A stretch of 64,000 nucleotides of DNA from Octopus vulgaris (Eukaryota): positions 86,800,001-86,864,000 of the forward strand of contig OX597825.1 of NCBI GenBank assembly GCA_951406725.2, given 5' to 3'. The notes beneath the pieces are model-generated. The model saw only the letters and a list, made by a program, of their open reading frames with translations, did not search any database and had not been told where the DNA came from. Both the position numbers and the translations under genes were made by a program. Positions 27,898 to 42,550 of the stretch are shown here, one piece after another; positions within the stretch are counted from its first letter, which is position 1, and each line of letters starts with the position of its first letter.

Positions 27898-28772
27898 TGA
27901 GTTCGGTGAATAAATTGTTGTCAGAATTACGCAAAAAGGAATCTAACATCTCCTTTTAATAGAAATATTTACCAAAATTACATGTAAATATCGTGAAATA
28001 CTAGTGAGTAAATTAATTCAATAAAATCGCAATTGGCTTCAACCGCGGCCACGAGACTACTTCGGAATCTCCTGCAACTCTTCTGAACAGTCTCCTTGTT
28101 TAAGTCGGTGAATGCTGCCATAATTCCTTGCCTTCAGTTCATCTGTGGTGTTGGTGTCTCGCTCAACTGCGCCCCACAACTAATAATGTAGGGGTTAGTC
28201 TGGGGAGTTAGGTGGCCAGATGTTAGTGGTGACGTGGTTGCAGAAATTGTCTGGCATCCACGATTAGGTTCTCCTAATTGTGTGGCATGGTGCAGAGTCC
28301 TGTTGCTAGATATAGTGTCTTCCAGCAGCCATCCTCTTCACACAGGGCAGCCTTACCTCCACCAGGCACTTGATGTAAGCTTCCGTGTTGAGTGTGAGGC
28401 CGTATGGGAAGACAAATGGAGGCATAACGTCAGCATCACTAGGGATCACTCCAAACACCATGATGTTGATTGGATGTTTGATTTTTCTCACTCTCAGTAC
28501 ATCTCCTCAGATGGCACTCTCCTCAGATTCACACCCAAACACTCTGAAATGCTTGTATTGTAGCTTCCGGCGCGAATGCCAAGCAGTACAGCATGTCTTC
28601 TTCAAATTTCTGGCAGAGTGAATCGCATTATGATGCTGTTTCTCTCACAGACGGTGTGCAACTGACCCTACTATTCTATGTAGTCGACAAAATAAGAAAA
28701 CAAGTCCAGTTTTTAATGCCAATGTGCGATATTAAAAATATGAAATGGCGGCAATCTACCCATCGCACCCTG
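27897..28772 (-). mobile_element. Internally deleted Tc1/mariner DNA transposon relic
   Basis: Transposase remnants MVFGVI..., QQDSAPCH, WPPNSPD, LWGAVE. Degenerate TIRs (ctgagttcggtgaataaattgttg / rc cagggtgcgatgggtagattgccg); TA flanks. Confidence 0.85.
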
Positions 28773-28886
28773 TATATATATATATACACACACACACACA
28801 TACACACACACACAGACACACACAGACACACACACACACTCACACACACATACACACACACAGACATACACAGACACACACACACA

Positions 28887-28947
<61 letters not shown>

Positions 28948-29047
28948 TTATATCTACATATGTATATATACATATATGCATACAGTTACATACACACATA
29001 CATACACACACAAACGCGCTCACACAGACATATGTACACACATGCAT

Positions 29048-29118
<71 letters not shown>

Positions 29119-29831
29119 CATATGCACATATATACGTATTTAAATATGTACTTGTATATACGTATGTAGATTTCCCCGCATATATAAAGTCAGTCAGAAG
29201 AAGCATACAGAAACAAGACCATACACGCATGCGCATACAACACTTCGTCATTTGCATACACTAATATATAGAAGCGTATTAAGAAAAGTGAATATATTTA
29301 CAGTTACACACACACACACATTCACATACACATTCATAGAGAAACACTTACACTTACACACACACACACACACACTGAGACACTCGGTGCTTATATATAT
29401 TATTTCAAGTACATTTTCACACGGTAAACGAGAAAACAGTGAGAAATATTGTTCCAGGCAATCAATACTCCATTTCTTCTTCTTTCTCTACTTTTTGCAA
29501 TTATTCTTCGCTGAACACCTGATTGTCATGATATTCCGTACTTGATTTTTCGAGTTGCCACCTCTTAAACGGAATCCGTTCGTCGACAACGACACCAAAT
29601 TCACACAGAAAGTGCAGCCTCCGTTGCTTTAGCTGGACTTGTTAAAATAATCGTCAGATTAGCAGACTGAAAAATTTACTTCTTGTTACTTTCTTGCCAA
29701 TAGTGTTTCCTCTGAAGGCAAATAAATGCACTTCTACTCTCTCACCTCTTCTCCTCCTCCTCCTCTTACACTTTCCCGCCTTTTCTTTCTCTCTTTCACC
29801 ATATACATACACACATACATATATATATACA

Positions 29832-29876
<45 letters not shown>

Positions 29877-31755
29877 AAATGTATATAACACAAACATACA
29901 CATACACACACATATGCATATATATATATAATATACATACATCTATGTATATATATATGAGTGTGCGAATGTATGTGTATCTGAATAAGACACACTAAAT
30001 TTCACCTAGCGTAAAAGGAGAAAAATATCTACTTTATTCATTTACTTTCGCAACTGTAAGGAACTTGCTTCCACTAGTCAGTACACCCACCCTCCCCACA
30101 CTTCATACCGATTTCACAAAATACTGCTAAGATCTGTTATACTCGTAAGGGTAAAATAGAATTAGATGGTTTTAACTGTAATAAGATCTATCAACATCAC
30201 AAGCCCATCTTAACCCGAATGCAAAGGCACAAACTAGAACGGAAAATGGCTCCCAAAAGAAATAGAACGTTAGTGCAGATACAGAGTTGTTATGCTGTAC
30301 AATTAAAATATAGTTAATCGTTAAAACGCTTGAAGCTGGGTACACACTATACAGTCAAGCCATTCGTTTAGGTCTATGAATATTTCATCCCTTTCTAAAT
30401 ATATTTGGCTCCTGAAAGAGAGGTAAGAGAGTAGGCCCACATCAAAATGGAATTTTGAAGTAAAGCCAACGAACGGGCGTTGAAGCCACTGTCATCTGTA
30501 CACGACAGAAAATTCAAGAATTTTGACTTTATCTGGCCACATCTTAAATGGAAGACACGAAGGCTTCTCATTGTGCTTCCGTACCAACAAATACAAACTT
30601 AAAACATTACTTTACCATTAAATTTAGAACTTCAAATTGATTGAATCCACTGTTGACACAAATTAGCAATGGATTCGGCACATAAAACTCAAGTTGAAAT
30701 TTATGATTAATATTATTTCCTACTTGTTTATCTGTATCTTCTCCGCAAGAAAGACGTGTCCTTACTTGCATTGTGTAATACAAGAAATACAAGGAAACCT
30801 ACGTGGAAGACTAATCTAAAATTTGAAGCTAAATATCGAATCATGTTATCAAGGTGGAACCGGCTCTTATTAGGAAAATTGGTTCTTATTCAGTTGTGAA
30901 TTCCTTCGCTTTAAACGTGACTCTCTGTGTTAATGAACGAAAACTGAGGTCGCGATGCCATTTTAGATTTAGACAGGTTTTTCATGGTAGACAAAAATGG
31001 CCGTCTGATTTACCGAATATTCCTGATATCTAAGCAAATTATAAATGCATTCGTTGAATAAATATAATTATAAGATAAACGTTGTACTGAGTAAATATTT
31101 CTTTCAATATCTTCACAGTTTAATTCGGGAAATCAGAGCAGAGTTGATAGGTAAGGACTTCTCCCCGATCTGTGCAGCTGTTACTGGTCTGTAAACTATC
31201 AGTATACCGCGCTTGTGGAACTCTGTTTTTGGTTTTTCAGCGTAAGAATCTGAAGAGTTTAAAATGAAAAGAAATCTGAAGACTAAAGGAAACCCGAAGA
31301 TGATAAAATATAATTGTCTGTGGCACAATGCAGTGAGGAGGTGTAAGCTGTAACATAAACAAACTACCGTTATGTTGTTTGACTCATATTTACTTTGCTC
31401 AGCCAGCGGTCGAGGAACAAATTCATTTCTGGTCTACCAACCATCCAGAAATAACAGCGACATCTGCATCAAGTCACATCCTGAGGTTTTGAAATAGAAA
31501 CAAGTCGTACATTCAGGAGACTGTAGTTGTAGGCACGTTATAACTTTATAATACGAGATGGTCATGGACGTAAAGCTTTTGTTAAGAATGGTCTTCAGTT
31601 GAGACTGACTTGGTCTAAGCAAAAACAACAGCAATAACAGCGTCAGTTAGCCCCGATGAGAAACAAATCCATTACATGTGTGTGTGTGTGTGTGTGTGTG
31701 CGTGTGCGCATGTATGCGTGTATATACCTACATATAGTATATATACCTACATATA

Positions 31756-31795
<40 letters not shown>

Positions 31796-32367
31796 TCACA
31801 CATACAGACATACGTACATACACACATATGTATATATATGTGTTTGTATTTATATACATACATGAATACATACATTTATATATATATACATACATATGTA
31901 TATACATATATATAGATATATATAAACATACACACATGTGCACACACATATATATGCATACACATATAACTGTTATAGTGTTCGGTATTTAGTTTCATAA
32001 CAACATTGTATTATGAGAGAAGAATGTGGCTTTTGTGATTGATGTTTGGAGAGGAAAAGATTGAGACGAGATTGTGTTGCCGATGTTTGTGTCTCTTGTT
32101 GCTTGAGACGGAATCAATTAATTCCGGATTACGAAGTGGATATGAAGGTTACAACATGGAGGACAAAAATCTATTCTAATTCACTTGCAAGCATCAAACA
32201 CACACACACACACACACACGCGCGCGCGCACACACACACACACACACACGCACACATATGCACACACGCACTCACACACATAGATACATGTATATATATG
32301 ATATACATATATGTGTATGAGTGTATATATATACTGATATATTTATGTATATATATGCATATACATG

Positions 32368-32444
<77 letters not shown>

Positions 32445-32455
32445 TATATAGAAGG

Positions 32456-32506
32456 AGCTTCTACAGGACTAGAACTGTTTCATTCAAGAGAAATCTTCAG
32501 GAAGCT
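32456..32506 (-). ncRNA. Type I hammerhead ribozyme motif (mirror copy)
   Basis: Exact reverse complement of 32868..32918. Confidence 0.8.
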
Positions 32507-32867
32507 AGTTAACAAGAATTGTATTGGCATTTATACATTTAGGCAGGTTTAAAGGGGTGGTGGTGGGGGACTTTTTGGGGGTAGGCATAGCGCAAAAAAA
32601 TCATACTTGGGGGAGTGGTCAAGGAGTCAGTGGTAAATTAGATAGAAGAATAAATAAAAGAATAAAAAAAAAAAAGGAGAATAAAAAAAAAATATATATA
32701 GAAGAATAGAGTTTTAGGTAAATAAAATTTATCTAATTTACCACTGACTCCTTGACCACTCCCCCAAGTATGATTTTTTTGCGCTATGCCTACCCCCAAA
32801 AAGTCCCCCACCACCACCCCTTTAAACCTGCCTAAATGTATAAATGCCAATACAATTCTTGTTAACT

Positions 32868-32918
32868 AGCTTCCTGAAGATTTCTCTTGAATGAAACAGT
32901 TCTAGTCCTGTAGAAGCT
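32868..32918 (+). ncRNA. Type I hammerhead ribozyme motif
   Basis: AGCTTC-CTGAAGA-tTTC(tctt)GAAt-GAAA-CAG(ttctagtc)CTG-TA-GAAGCT: 6-bp stem I, canonical CUGANGA and GAAA, 4-bp stem III, GUA cleavage triplet. Confidence 0.8.
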
Positions 32919-33001
32919 CCTTCTATTTAATAAATTAATTTTACTCTGCTATGTATTGAGTACCTTATTTACTGTGGTTAACCCCGAATCAACCCGGGAC
33001 C

Positions 33002-33053
<52 letters not shown>

Positions 33054-33502
33054 CATATATATGCTTGTATATAAATAAATATATATGTAAATATATATAT
33101 ATAGGCGCAGAAATGGTTGTGTGGTAAGAAGCTTGCTTCCCAACTACATAATTTCAAAGCTTGATCGACAGTTTTAATTCTATTATTTACTGCTGACTAC
33201 ATGACTGCGCTTGCGCAGTTGATTTGAAACCGTAAATGTATAAGTATGCAGCACATGTGGAATTTCGGTGCATATTTGCTACATGATTATGCTTCGTCGT
33301 ACGCGACCTCACTGATGAAGGACAGATGACAAATTAATTTATTTGTTCATTAATACAGTAACCCGAGTTTGCGACTAACTGAAATTGACTGTTGTTTTCA
33401 TTCTCTTTGGAATTGCCTTCTTTTTGTGGTTTGGGTTTGCCTGCCCTCTCTAGCATGTAAGGCGTCCTGTAAAGGGTCACATCTCTGTGTAAATACTATA
33501 GA

Positions 33503-33613
<111 letters not shown>

Positions 33614-33794
33614 GTAATATACAATATATATAAAATAAAAAGCATATATTCACACACCAACACACACACACACACACACACATATATAAAGGAATTAAAC
33701 AGTTGTCGATATTGTATAGTTATAATGCATAAGATATATATATATATTTGTACTCTTTTACTCTTTTTTACGTGTTTCAGTCATTTGACTGCGG

Positions 33795-33865
<71 letters not shown>

Positions 33866-34057
33866 GAGGCGCAATGGCCCATATATATATAAGTTGTCGA
33901 TATTATACATCATAATCATATTTCTTATACTTTGATAATATTTCGGAATTGTACTTGTGTGGCAGGTAATTGGATCAGACAATGTGTGTTCAAACTGAAA
34001 CACTTCCATCGTAGCCATTTCGGTTTGGCCGTTACAACTAAACTATTATAGTCTCTT

Positions 34058-34241
34058 TTGGTTTATTTCTCGACAACACAATCTATTATGAAGTGTCAAA
34101 TAGTTTCGTTGCATCTCTATGACCTTGGTTACTGACAGAGATGCAGTAGAGTTAATAAAGTGCGATTAGGTCGCAAGAAATACGACGAAACTATTTGGCA
34201 CCTCATAATAAACAGCATTGTCAAGAAACAGCATAAATCAA
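34058..34241. mobile_element. Short MITE-like hairpin element
   Basis: ~65-bp arms: tattatgaagtgtcaaatagtttcgttg..gacct versus aggtc..cgacgaaactatttggcacctcataata. Confidence 0.75.
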
Positions 34242-36440
34242 ATACAACAGTGCTTGTGTGTTCTTAAATGCTCTACATGACTCTTCCTCCATGTAATTTT
34301 TATTATAATATTTATCAGGAAACATGTGGTAAGTCGCTTCAAAGTTTGGCCAAGGTCTGGCTTTTCAAACTATTTGGAGTTTTAGAAACAAAGCATAATA
34401 TAATCATGGATCCGGCTTCTAACTATTTACACAGTTGGAAAAGTCAATCTTTGGCGAAACTTTGGACTCTCAATCCACAAACATTTGACTTTATAACTTT
34501 ATAACTTGTACTGAGTCAACGTCAAAGAGGCTTGAGCTTAAAATATGAAGAGTTGTAATTATATACCGGATTGCATTTAATCCGGCGCTCTGCCGGTTCT
34601 GCCACATTCCTTCATCGATTGCAGGAAATATTATACAACAACTTTAGTTCTATTTGCATCACTGTACAATCAAGTTGCATCTTCATTTATTTCGTAGGAA
34701 AAGGAAAAAAAAAATGATAAAAATGTCCTCAAGCTGAGATAGAAGCCAGCTTCCGACGATTAATAAACTTTCGCGAATTTGTAGAAATTTGATGTTATTT
34801 ACTTGTCGAAGCGAAAAACCAAAGTAGAAAAATAATTTCTAAGCGACATTTCACTTGAAGACTTCTTGTATTTCAGTTATTTGTTATTTAAATATTTCTT
34901 TCCGTCAGGAAAACGTGTCGAGAAAGATTTTTAATAATCTAACATAAAAGAGAACCGACACCAATAGAAATGGTTTCATTCTTAGTAATTACAGAGAATT
35001 TGACAATATTAACCGAATGAAATTTTAATCTTCGTTTACCTAACGTTTTTCTAATAAAGTTTATTGCTGTTTCAATATTTGCTTGGAGTCGAATTTTTTG
35101 CAATAAATATGGAATTTAGTGAGACGACTGTGAAGAATAACCCAGACATGACTAGTCAAATACCAGACGGAATCAGTCGATTAGTTTTCCTTGAATACAA
35201 GAATTAATTTCTGTCTTGAAGTGTCAACAGAGGAAGGAAAGTATTAGTGAACCCGCGAAACGAATGGTTTTTTCTTGGATCGTTCACAGCCGATTCCAAG
35301 AGAGAAGAATTCGACTTTCAGTGCTTGTCCAGTTCTTTATCGACTGATCGAATAAAATGCGAACTTGCCCTCGGTACGATTTCAACTCAGAGCCTAGAAG
35401 ATCTAAACAAATACAACACAGTATTCTCTCCGATGCTCTACCGACTCTGCCAAATTCCCCTCATTCACGCTAAACCAACCAATCACTAAGGAACATGACC
35501 AATAAATAAATAAATAAATAAATGAAAATAACAACAGTACCACGACTTCTAATTTCTAATTTAGTTGTTGCCTAGGTGACAATTTTGTTCAGATTCAATC
35601 CAAGAACACATTCTCAAAATGATACTGTTGCAATTCCTGCTTTGGACAACCAATTATTTTCCTGGCACAACTCAGAGACTCGTTGGAATAAGACAAAGAT
35701 TATTATCGATGTGAAACGAAGTCGTCATTAGTTGGTATTGACAAGGGAGGTAAATCATGTACACCTTTCCCCTAAAAGTGGGTTTTTCATTGATTGAAGA
35801 GCAATGAAAATATTGGGACACAGACTTGGCTTAAATAACAACATAGATTGAAGGCTTTAATAAGAAGTAATTGTTGTTGTTATTGTTGTAAAGCCTTCTT
35901 GATTAGGCCATCCTCAATCAAACAGGCTAAAAAGACAGCCAATATGTGACCATCCTGTTAATATTTCAGGTATATCTAGAGCCACATTAACCGAGATGCC
36001 CTCTTTTTGCAATAACAAATCGATTCTTGAGTGTGATTTGGTTGCCATTTCTAGCAGATAGAATGACAATATAGTCGCTAATTTGTTGTCTCCGTGAATT
36101 AGTGTCAATTTTGGAGTTGATTTCTTCTGGAGAACTGACGTAAAATCAAGAATCATCTGCAGAATTATTGAGTGGAGGATTTTGACTTAAATTTCTAAAC
36201 TTTTTACAAGAGCCATTCCTCTTTTAATCAGTGCAAGAAATATCAAATCCTAATTCTAATTATCAATTATTAATTAACGTCTTAGAACTATACAGAAATC
36301 GATCTGCATTAAGACTATACAGATATCGATCTACATTTTCTTTCAATCATTCACAATAATTTGAACAGCATTCAGTGATAGAAACTTTTGTGTTAAGATA
36401 CCGTGTGATAGAGTACAAGAGTAATATACTCCTATAGCAT

Positions 36441-36589
<149 letters not shown>

Positions 36590-38538
36590 GTTATATTCTT
36601 CTGTAACGGTTTCCCGTTGTTCTAACTTCACCAAGAACTGTTAAAATTCCTCAAAGAGATCGGACTGCCATCAGTGGTGAGCTCTCATTCGACCAGTGAT
36701 GGTTGTAGCGGTGGATTTTCAGATAATCTTCGTTTATTCTCATAGAGTTAATCAATTCTCACACAACTGAGGAATTTTAATGAAGTTTTGAGAGAAAGTT
36801 GTATTTTGTTCTGATCTGTAACACGATAAACTTAATTATTAAGGATTTTACAAAATTTTTACATAATGAGTAAATTTAAAACCAAAAATAATTTATTCAG
36901 CGAATATTTCTCAGAATGAATTAATTCATACACACGATGGCTGCAAGTAAGAGCAGAGTTTAGCCCAGCTATTAACCACAGCCGCCTAACCACAGATATA
37001 GTTAGAGTGCCAAAATCGATTCGGCATAAGAAAGAAAAAACACTCACGTACCAGTAATATAATCGTGCCTAAAACTGATGTTACTCAAGCTTATTCATAA
37101 TAAATCCTGACATAATTTTCAATGAATCTCTTATGATGTGATATAGAAAGTTGTTTGCATACTCCAGTTCGATAAATATATATATTCGAGACGATATTCA
37201 GAAATATTCTATAAGACTAACAAGAAAGTCTAAACTCAACGACAGTTGGTAATGAATGTGTTGCCGATGCCAATATTTGCCAGTCTTGGACAGTTTTCCC
37301 CCTTTCAAAGTTAAAGAAAGACATAATACCTTAGATTATTATGGAAATATGTAAGTGTTGCTGCTAAAGTACATACACACATATATATGGTGGCTGCCCC
37401 CTCCTTATCGAGTATGGCCATTACACGAAGCTTAATCAATGTTGTTATCGTGCAATGCCTGTGCAAGAATATTTTTTTTAAAGTGAGGAAAGGCTGTGCA
37501 CATACATACATACACACATACATACATACATACACCATATATGCACATATACCTAGGCATACATACACACGTATGCATACACTGATATAGACATACATAT
37601 GCATGTAATATGGATATAAATACATACATTATAGACCTGTAGCACAGTATTGTCTAAATACGTGACACAATGTTGCCGTAACAAACATAAGAGACAATGT
37701 TGTGGCCGCAACGCACGAATGAGTCAGTGTTACAAACACGGAAGGCAATGTTGTTGTTACACTTCTGTTGTTACACCCTCTTAGGAACTCTATTATAAAC
37801 GGAACCTTGTCATTTCGCTGTTTACACGTTCCAAACGCTTTCAATCCCCTACGATCGTATTTTCTGGGTTTTTTTCTTTCGAAAAGAAAAGGTCTCCATT
37901 ATATTGTCCCCTCTTTATTCGACCCTCCGTGGCTAATAAAGAAATCTCTCTATCTACATGTCTATCTGTCTATTGATCTATATCTATACTTCGCCTCTGT
38001 TTCTACTTACCAATTTCTCCACATGACACACAGACTTTCTGTATCCTCAATCCTTCACCTCAGAAACAGAAACATGACGGTGCGCTGTTACAAACAGCTC
38101 ACAACAACAATAGCAGCAGCAGCAACAACAAGAACGACGACGACGACGACTGAAACAAACTGTTCGTCTTTTTTCGAACTCAATAATATCGAATCGGAAA
38201 CAAATTACCTTCTGGACAAAAGTTCTTCTCCCGAAAATCAAGAATTGGTAAAATACAAAACATAGACCCTTTGTAGTCGTCGTCGTGCTCCTCCTCCTCC
38301 TCCGCCTTCTCCTCCTCCTCTTCCTCCTCCTCCTCCTCCTCCTCCCCTCTCCTCCCCTTACTCCTCCCCTTACTCCTCCTCTTCCTCCTCCACCTCACCC
38401 TCCACCACCTCCTCCTCACCCTCCTCCTCCTCCACCTCCTCCTTCTCATTATCATCATCATCACCCCACCACCGCCACCTTCAACATCACCACCACCACT
38501 ATCACTAGAACCAACACCACCAGCACCAATATCAGCAC

Positions 38539-38583
<45 letters not shown>

Positions 38584-38904
38584 CAGCAGCACCACCACCA
38601 CCACCACTACCACCACCACCACTACCACCACCACTACCACCACCACCACCACCATCATAAATTAATTGAAAGAGAAAATATAAAAACAAACATTGGAATC
38701 CAAAACGAATATTTTTAGTGAAATAATTAGAAATTCCTATTTGGAATTAAAATGAGAATTTAGTTTATTTAATCCCAAACGTAATTCTATAATTAAAGCG
38801 CGGATTAAGTGAGAGTGATTCATCTTGGGAAGCTCGTATTTATTATTATCGCTGGCCGAAAACAACCAGCGTCGAATATAATAGAGACAATCAATCACCG
38901 TAGC

Positions 38905-38939
<35 letters not shown>

Positions 38940-39122
38940 CTATACACATTCTCGTATATAGTCACAATCATGTAAACAACTATACATGTACGTATACAAT
39001 TACGCGTGTGGATATACATACATGTATGCTGAGGCTTATTCACGCACGCCCACGTACGTATTCATACGCATACATATATAGTACCCACAGATACGTACAC
39101 ACTTCACACATAGAATCGCGCT

Positions 39123-39156
<34 letters not shown>

Positions 39157-39365
39157 ATACACTTATATGAGTGTATATATCTCACACACATTCAAACAAA
39201 TATGCACATACACATAGACTCACGTATAGTTATGTACGCACAGACAAAAACACTCATAAACAGTTACGTACACATACACAGGCGGTGCTCCAGCATGGCC
39301 GCAGTCAAATGACTGAAACAAGTAAAAGAGTAAAAAAAAGTGTATAGAGTATGCACAGTTATATA

Positions 39366-39557
39366 CGAGGTCTGATCAGTAAGTATCCGCACTGTTGCCA
39401 TAGTAACGAAGCTAAAGCACGCAGGATAAAGCCGCTTGGCACAGACTGACCTTGAACTCTGCTGCCCATGCGCACTAAGTTTTAATGTTAGAACTCACTT
39501 CTGCTGTTTACAGCAGTGCTGGGAAGGAAGGTGTGTAGCGTGTGATCGTCGCATTGA
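39366..39557 (+). mobile_element. Probable 5' end fragment of a mariner-type element
   Basis: TA followed by cgaggtctgatcagtaagtatccg resembles a mariner TIR. No partner TIR found. Confidence 0.5.
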
Positions 39558-39946
39558 TCACGTAAATGCACATTCTTGTATAATTGAGTTTACACATACA
39601 GACCTACACTCTCATGTACACGCATACACATGATACAGGCACAGACATGCACACATACACACACACACACGCACACATAATACAGGCACACATATGCACA
39701 CACACACGCACACATAATACAGGCACACATACGTACACACACATACACATAATGCAGGCACATGCATGCGCACACATAATACAGGCATATACATGCATAC
39801 ATACACCCACACACGCACACATACATACACATACATACCCATAATACAGGCACACACACGCACACGCACCCACATACAAACACACGCGCACACACGCACA
39901 CCCAAACACGTACACATATACAACTTTTAAACGTTGTATTTTCTCC

Positions 39947-40001
39947 CACATGTTTCCCGTCCACATGTTTCCCGTCTACATGTTTCCCGTCCACATGTTT
40001 C
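39947..40001 (+). repeat. 15-bp minisatellite, about 3.5 copies
   Basis: Unit cacatgtttcccgtc. Confidence 0.85.
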
Positions 40002-40185
40002 TTCTCTCTCAAATATCGCAAACTCAAAAACCGAATCTTTGCTCAACCGCTTTTCACAATTTCATATTTCAACTGATTAACGAAAGGCCAGAGGTTTGTA
40101 GCGGGTGCCGTTCCTCCCCACCCGGATTAGACCAAAAGTAATAACCAGGGATCGGATAAACCGTCCATTTTACAGGGTTCCCGTG

Positions 40186-40430
40186 AAAGGCGCGTGGCTT
40201 AGTGGTTAGGGTATTTGGATTATAATCGCAAGGTCGTGAGTTCCATACACGGCAAAAAAAATTTATTTCACGTTGCTCCAGCTGGCAAAAATGAGTTGTA
40301 GAAGTAATTCAAAGGGTCAGCCTTGGTGCATTGGGAATTGCGTCAAGGTTAGGCGTGTCTGTGGAGTACTCAGCCACTTGCGTGTAAACTTTACGAGCAG
40401 GCTGTTCCGTTGATCGGATCAACTGGAACG
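40186..40430 (+). mobile_element. tRNA-derived SINE, third family
   Basis: tRNA-like head ggcgcgtggcttagtggttagggt..gtgagttccatac followed by a non-tRNA body. Confidence 0.6.
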
Positions 40431-40956
40431 ACGGAGAGCAAGAAAAGAGAGGTGTGCGTAACATGGAGAGAAAGAGCGGTTGGGGTTAGTAAACCGCAAT
40501 GGATGGCTTTTCGTCATCCTGAAGAGCTGTACGAAATACTTTCAACTGAGGGGAGCCTAATAAAAACATCTAGATGAAAGAAGGCGGTGTTGGACCGAGC
40601 AACGGACGGAGTACTCGATTCCAATATATTACTGGTAGCATTTGTATCAACCCAATCTCAGTTCGAACTCAAAACATTTGGTGATATAACTAAAAACGAC
40701 CAAACATTGCGCGACATCGGTATTTCCGCTATTGTCACAGATAGAGATTGAAGTATTAAGAACGTCAGCACAAATATTGTGTTGTACTCCCCTCGCCACC
40801 ACCACCACCACTACTGATCGCACGCACACACACACATAGACATACACATACACACAATCACGCTAAAAAAGAAAAGAGAAAAATGAAATTCAATTAGATC
40901 AGTAAAAACATTTCAGTATATATCAGTATGTATATAAAGTTTATACACACACACAC

Positions 40957-41026
<70 letters not shown>

Positions 41027-42128
41027 GAGTTTTCAATAATTTTGTATTGAAATTCCTTTTTCGAGTGTTAGTTTCCAATTTTTTCTTATGAATTTCAGTT
41101 TTTTTTCTTTAGAATTGTTATTAATTTTCGCCTGCAGCTGTTTGAAAAAATCCACTGAGATATAAATTCGTATTCGTAAAGAATATAGTAGAATGGCAGA
41201 GGCGGTAGAGTACAGAGTACCCTAACTAAATGATATAATGTTGGAGATATCACAGCGTACTCTAAATAAATATTTTCAGCTGTTTACTTACGGTCTTTTA
41301 CGACCTTGTATTCTGATGAGGTCGCCTCGTAGCTTCACCTCCAGCTTCTATACCCGGATTACAAATTTACATTTATACCAGTAATACTTGGAGTATTTAG
41401 TTTTGTAAGTAAATGCCTAATTGTCAGTCTGGACAAGCTTGGATTTTCAGAAAAAGTAATCAACCAACTGATTCGCATATTACAAATACGATCTGTAAGC
41501 GGAACAGTAAAAATATGCAAGACTTTTCTAAAGTTCAAGATGTGAAATTATTTTCGTTACCTACATTCCAATGATGGAGTTTTGTTTATTTGTTAGAAAC
41601 CAGCTCCTTCTCCAGAGGAAGAATTTAAATGATTAAATACAGAAGAGGCGTACATACATACATGCAGCACACACACACACATCATCATCATCATTGTTCA
41701 ACCGTGGTCGAGACAATGGAGTTTGGTGTTGTTTGGTTGGGAGATGACTCTTCTCCATCAGGTGATACCCGTCTGTTAAGATTGAGGGCATCACCGTCAA
41801 TGGATGCCCTTGGAGGTGCAACGTGATCAGAGACAGGACCCGGCAAAGCAGGGGCTGGACCTACATCCGCAGGTATACCATTAGGTCTGGTTCCCTGGGG
41901 AAGAGGAACCCTGGTGCAGTTAATTGTAAATTCCATAGTCTTTTCTAATGGCTAATAATGTGTGCGCGCGCCACTACTACACACATTGGAAAGCATTGTA
42001 CAACCAAGTACTAAAGAAGATCTTTCCTCCTCCATGAAACAAAGCTGTTCCCGCTGGACGTCAACCCAGTATTTCTAAGCTACGGACCGAGTGATTTATT
42101 GTAAGGTTATCTCCCTAGATAGATTGCC

Positions 42129-42130
<2 letters not shown>

Positions 42131-42168
<38 letters not shown>

Positions 42169-42549
42169 TACATTAATATATACATACATACATACATACA
42201 TACACAGACACACATACATACACACACAAACATACATACATATACACACACACATACATACACACACAAACATACATACATATACACACACACATACATA
42301 CATACATACATACATACATACATACATACATACATACATACATACACACATGCATACATACATACAAACATACATACATACATACACCCATGCATACATA
42401 CATACATACATACATACATACATACATGCATACATACATATATACATACACACACATACATACATACATACATACACACATACATACATACACATACATA
42501 CATACATACATACATACACACATACATACACACACATACATACATACAT
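42131..42549 (+). repeat. (CA)n/(CATA)n compound microsatellite
   Basis: Direct reading. Confidence 0.95.
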
Positions 42550-42550
42550 A

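Larger units (their letters stand above)
32448..33003. mobile_element. Non-autonomous foldback element (inverted pLTR-like arms plus tail) carrying two hammerhead motifs
   Basis: Arms 32448..32644 and 32730..32926 are reverse complements (identical 41-aa prefix in ORFs 32524+ and 32638-). An 85-bp A-rich spacer separates them, a one-sided tail runs 32927..33003, and the flanks are (AT)n. Confidence 0.85.

Noticed and set aside
30330-30820. Possible RTE relic (YxGS and GHI-like remnants)
   Set aside because: Too degenerate to support by eye.
33312-33370. SECIS-like ATGA..AAA..GA pattern
   Set aside because: Helix II does not pair and no UGA-containing ORF lies upstream.
40512-40580. CTGAAGA-gctgtac-GAAA hammerhead-like words
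   Set aside because: Stem II is one base pair and there is no convincing stem III; likely chance.
41311-41345. CTGATGAG motif
   Set aside because: No GAAA follows; the context looks like a decayed family-B SINE.
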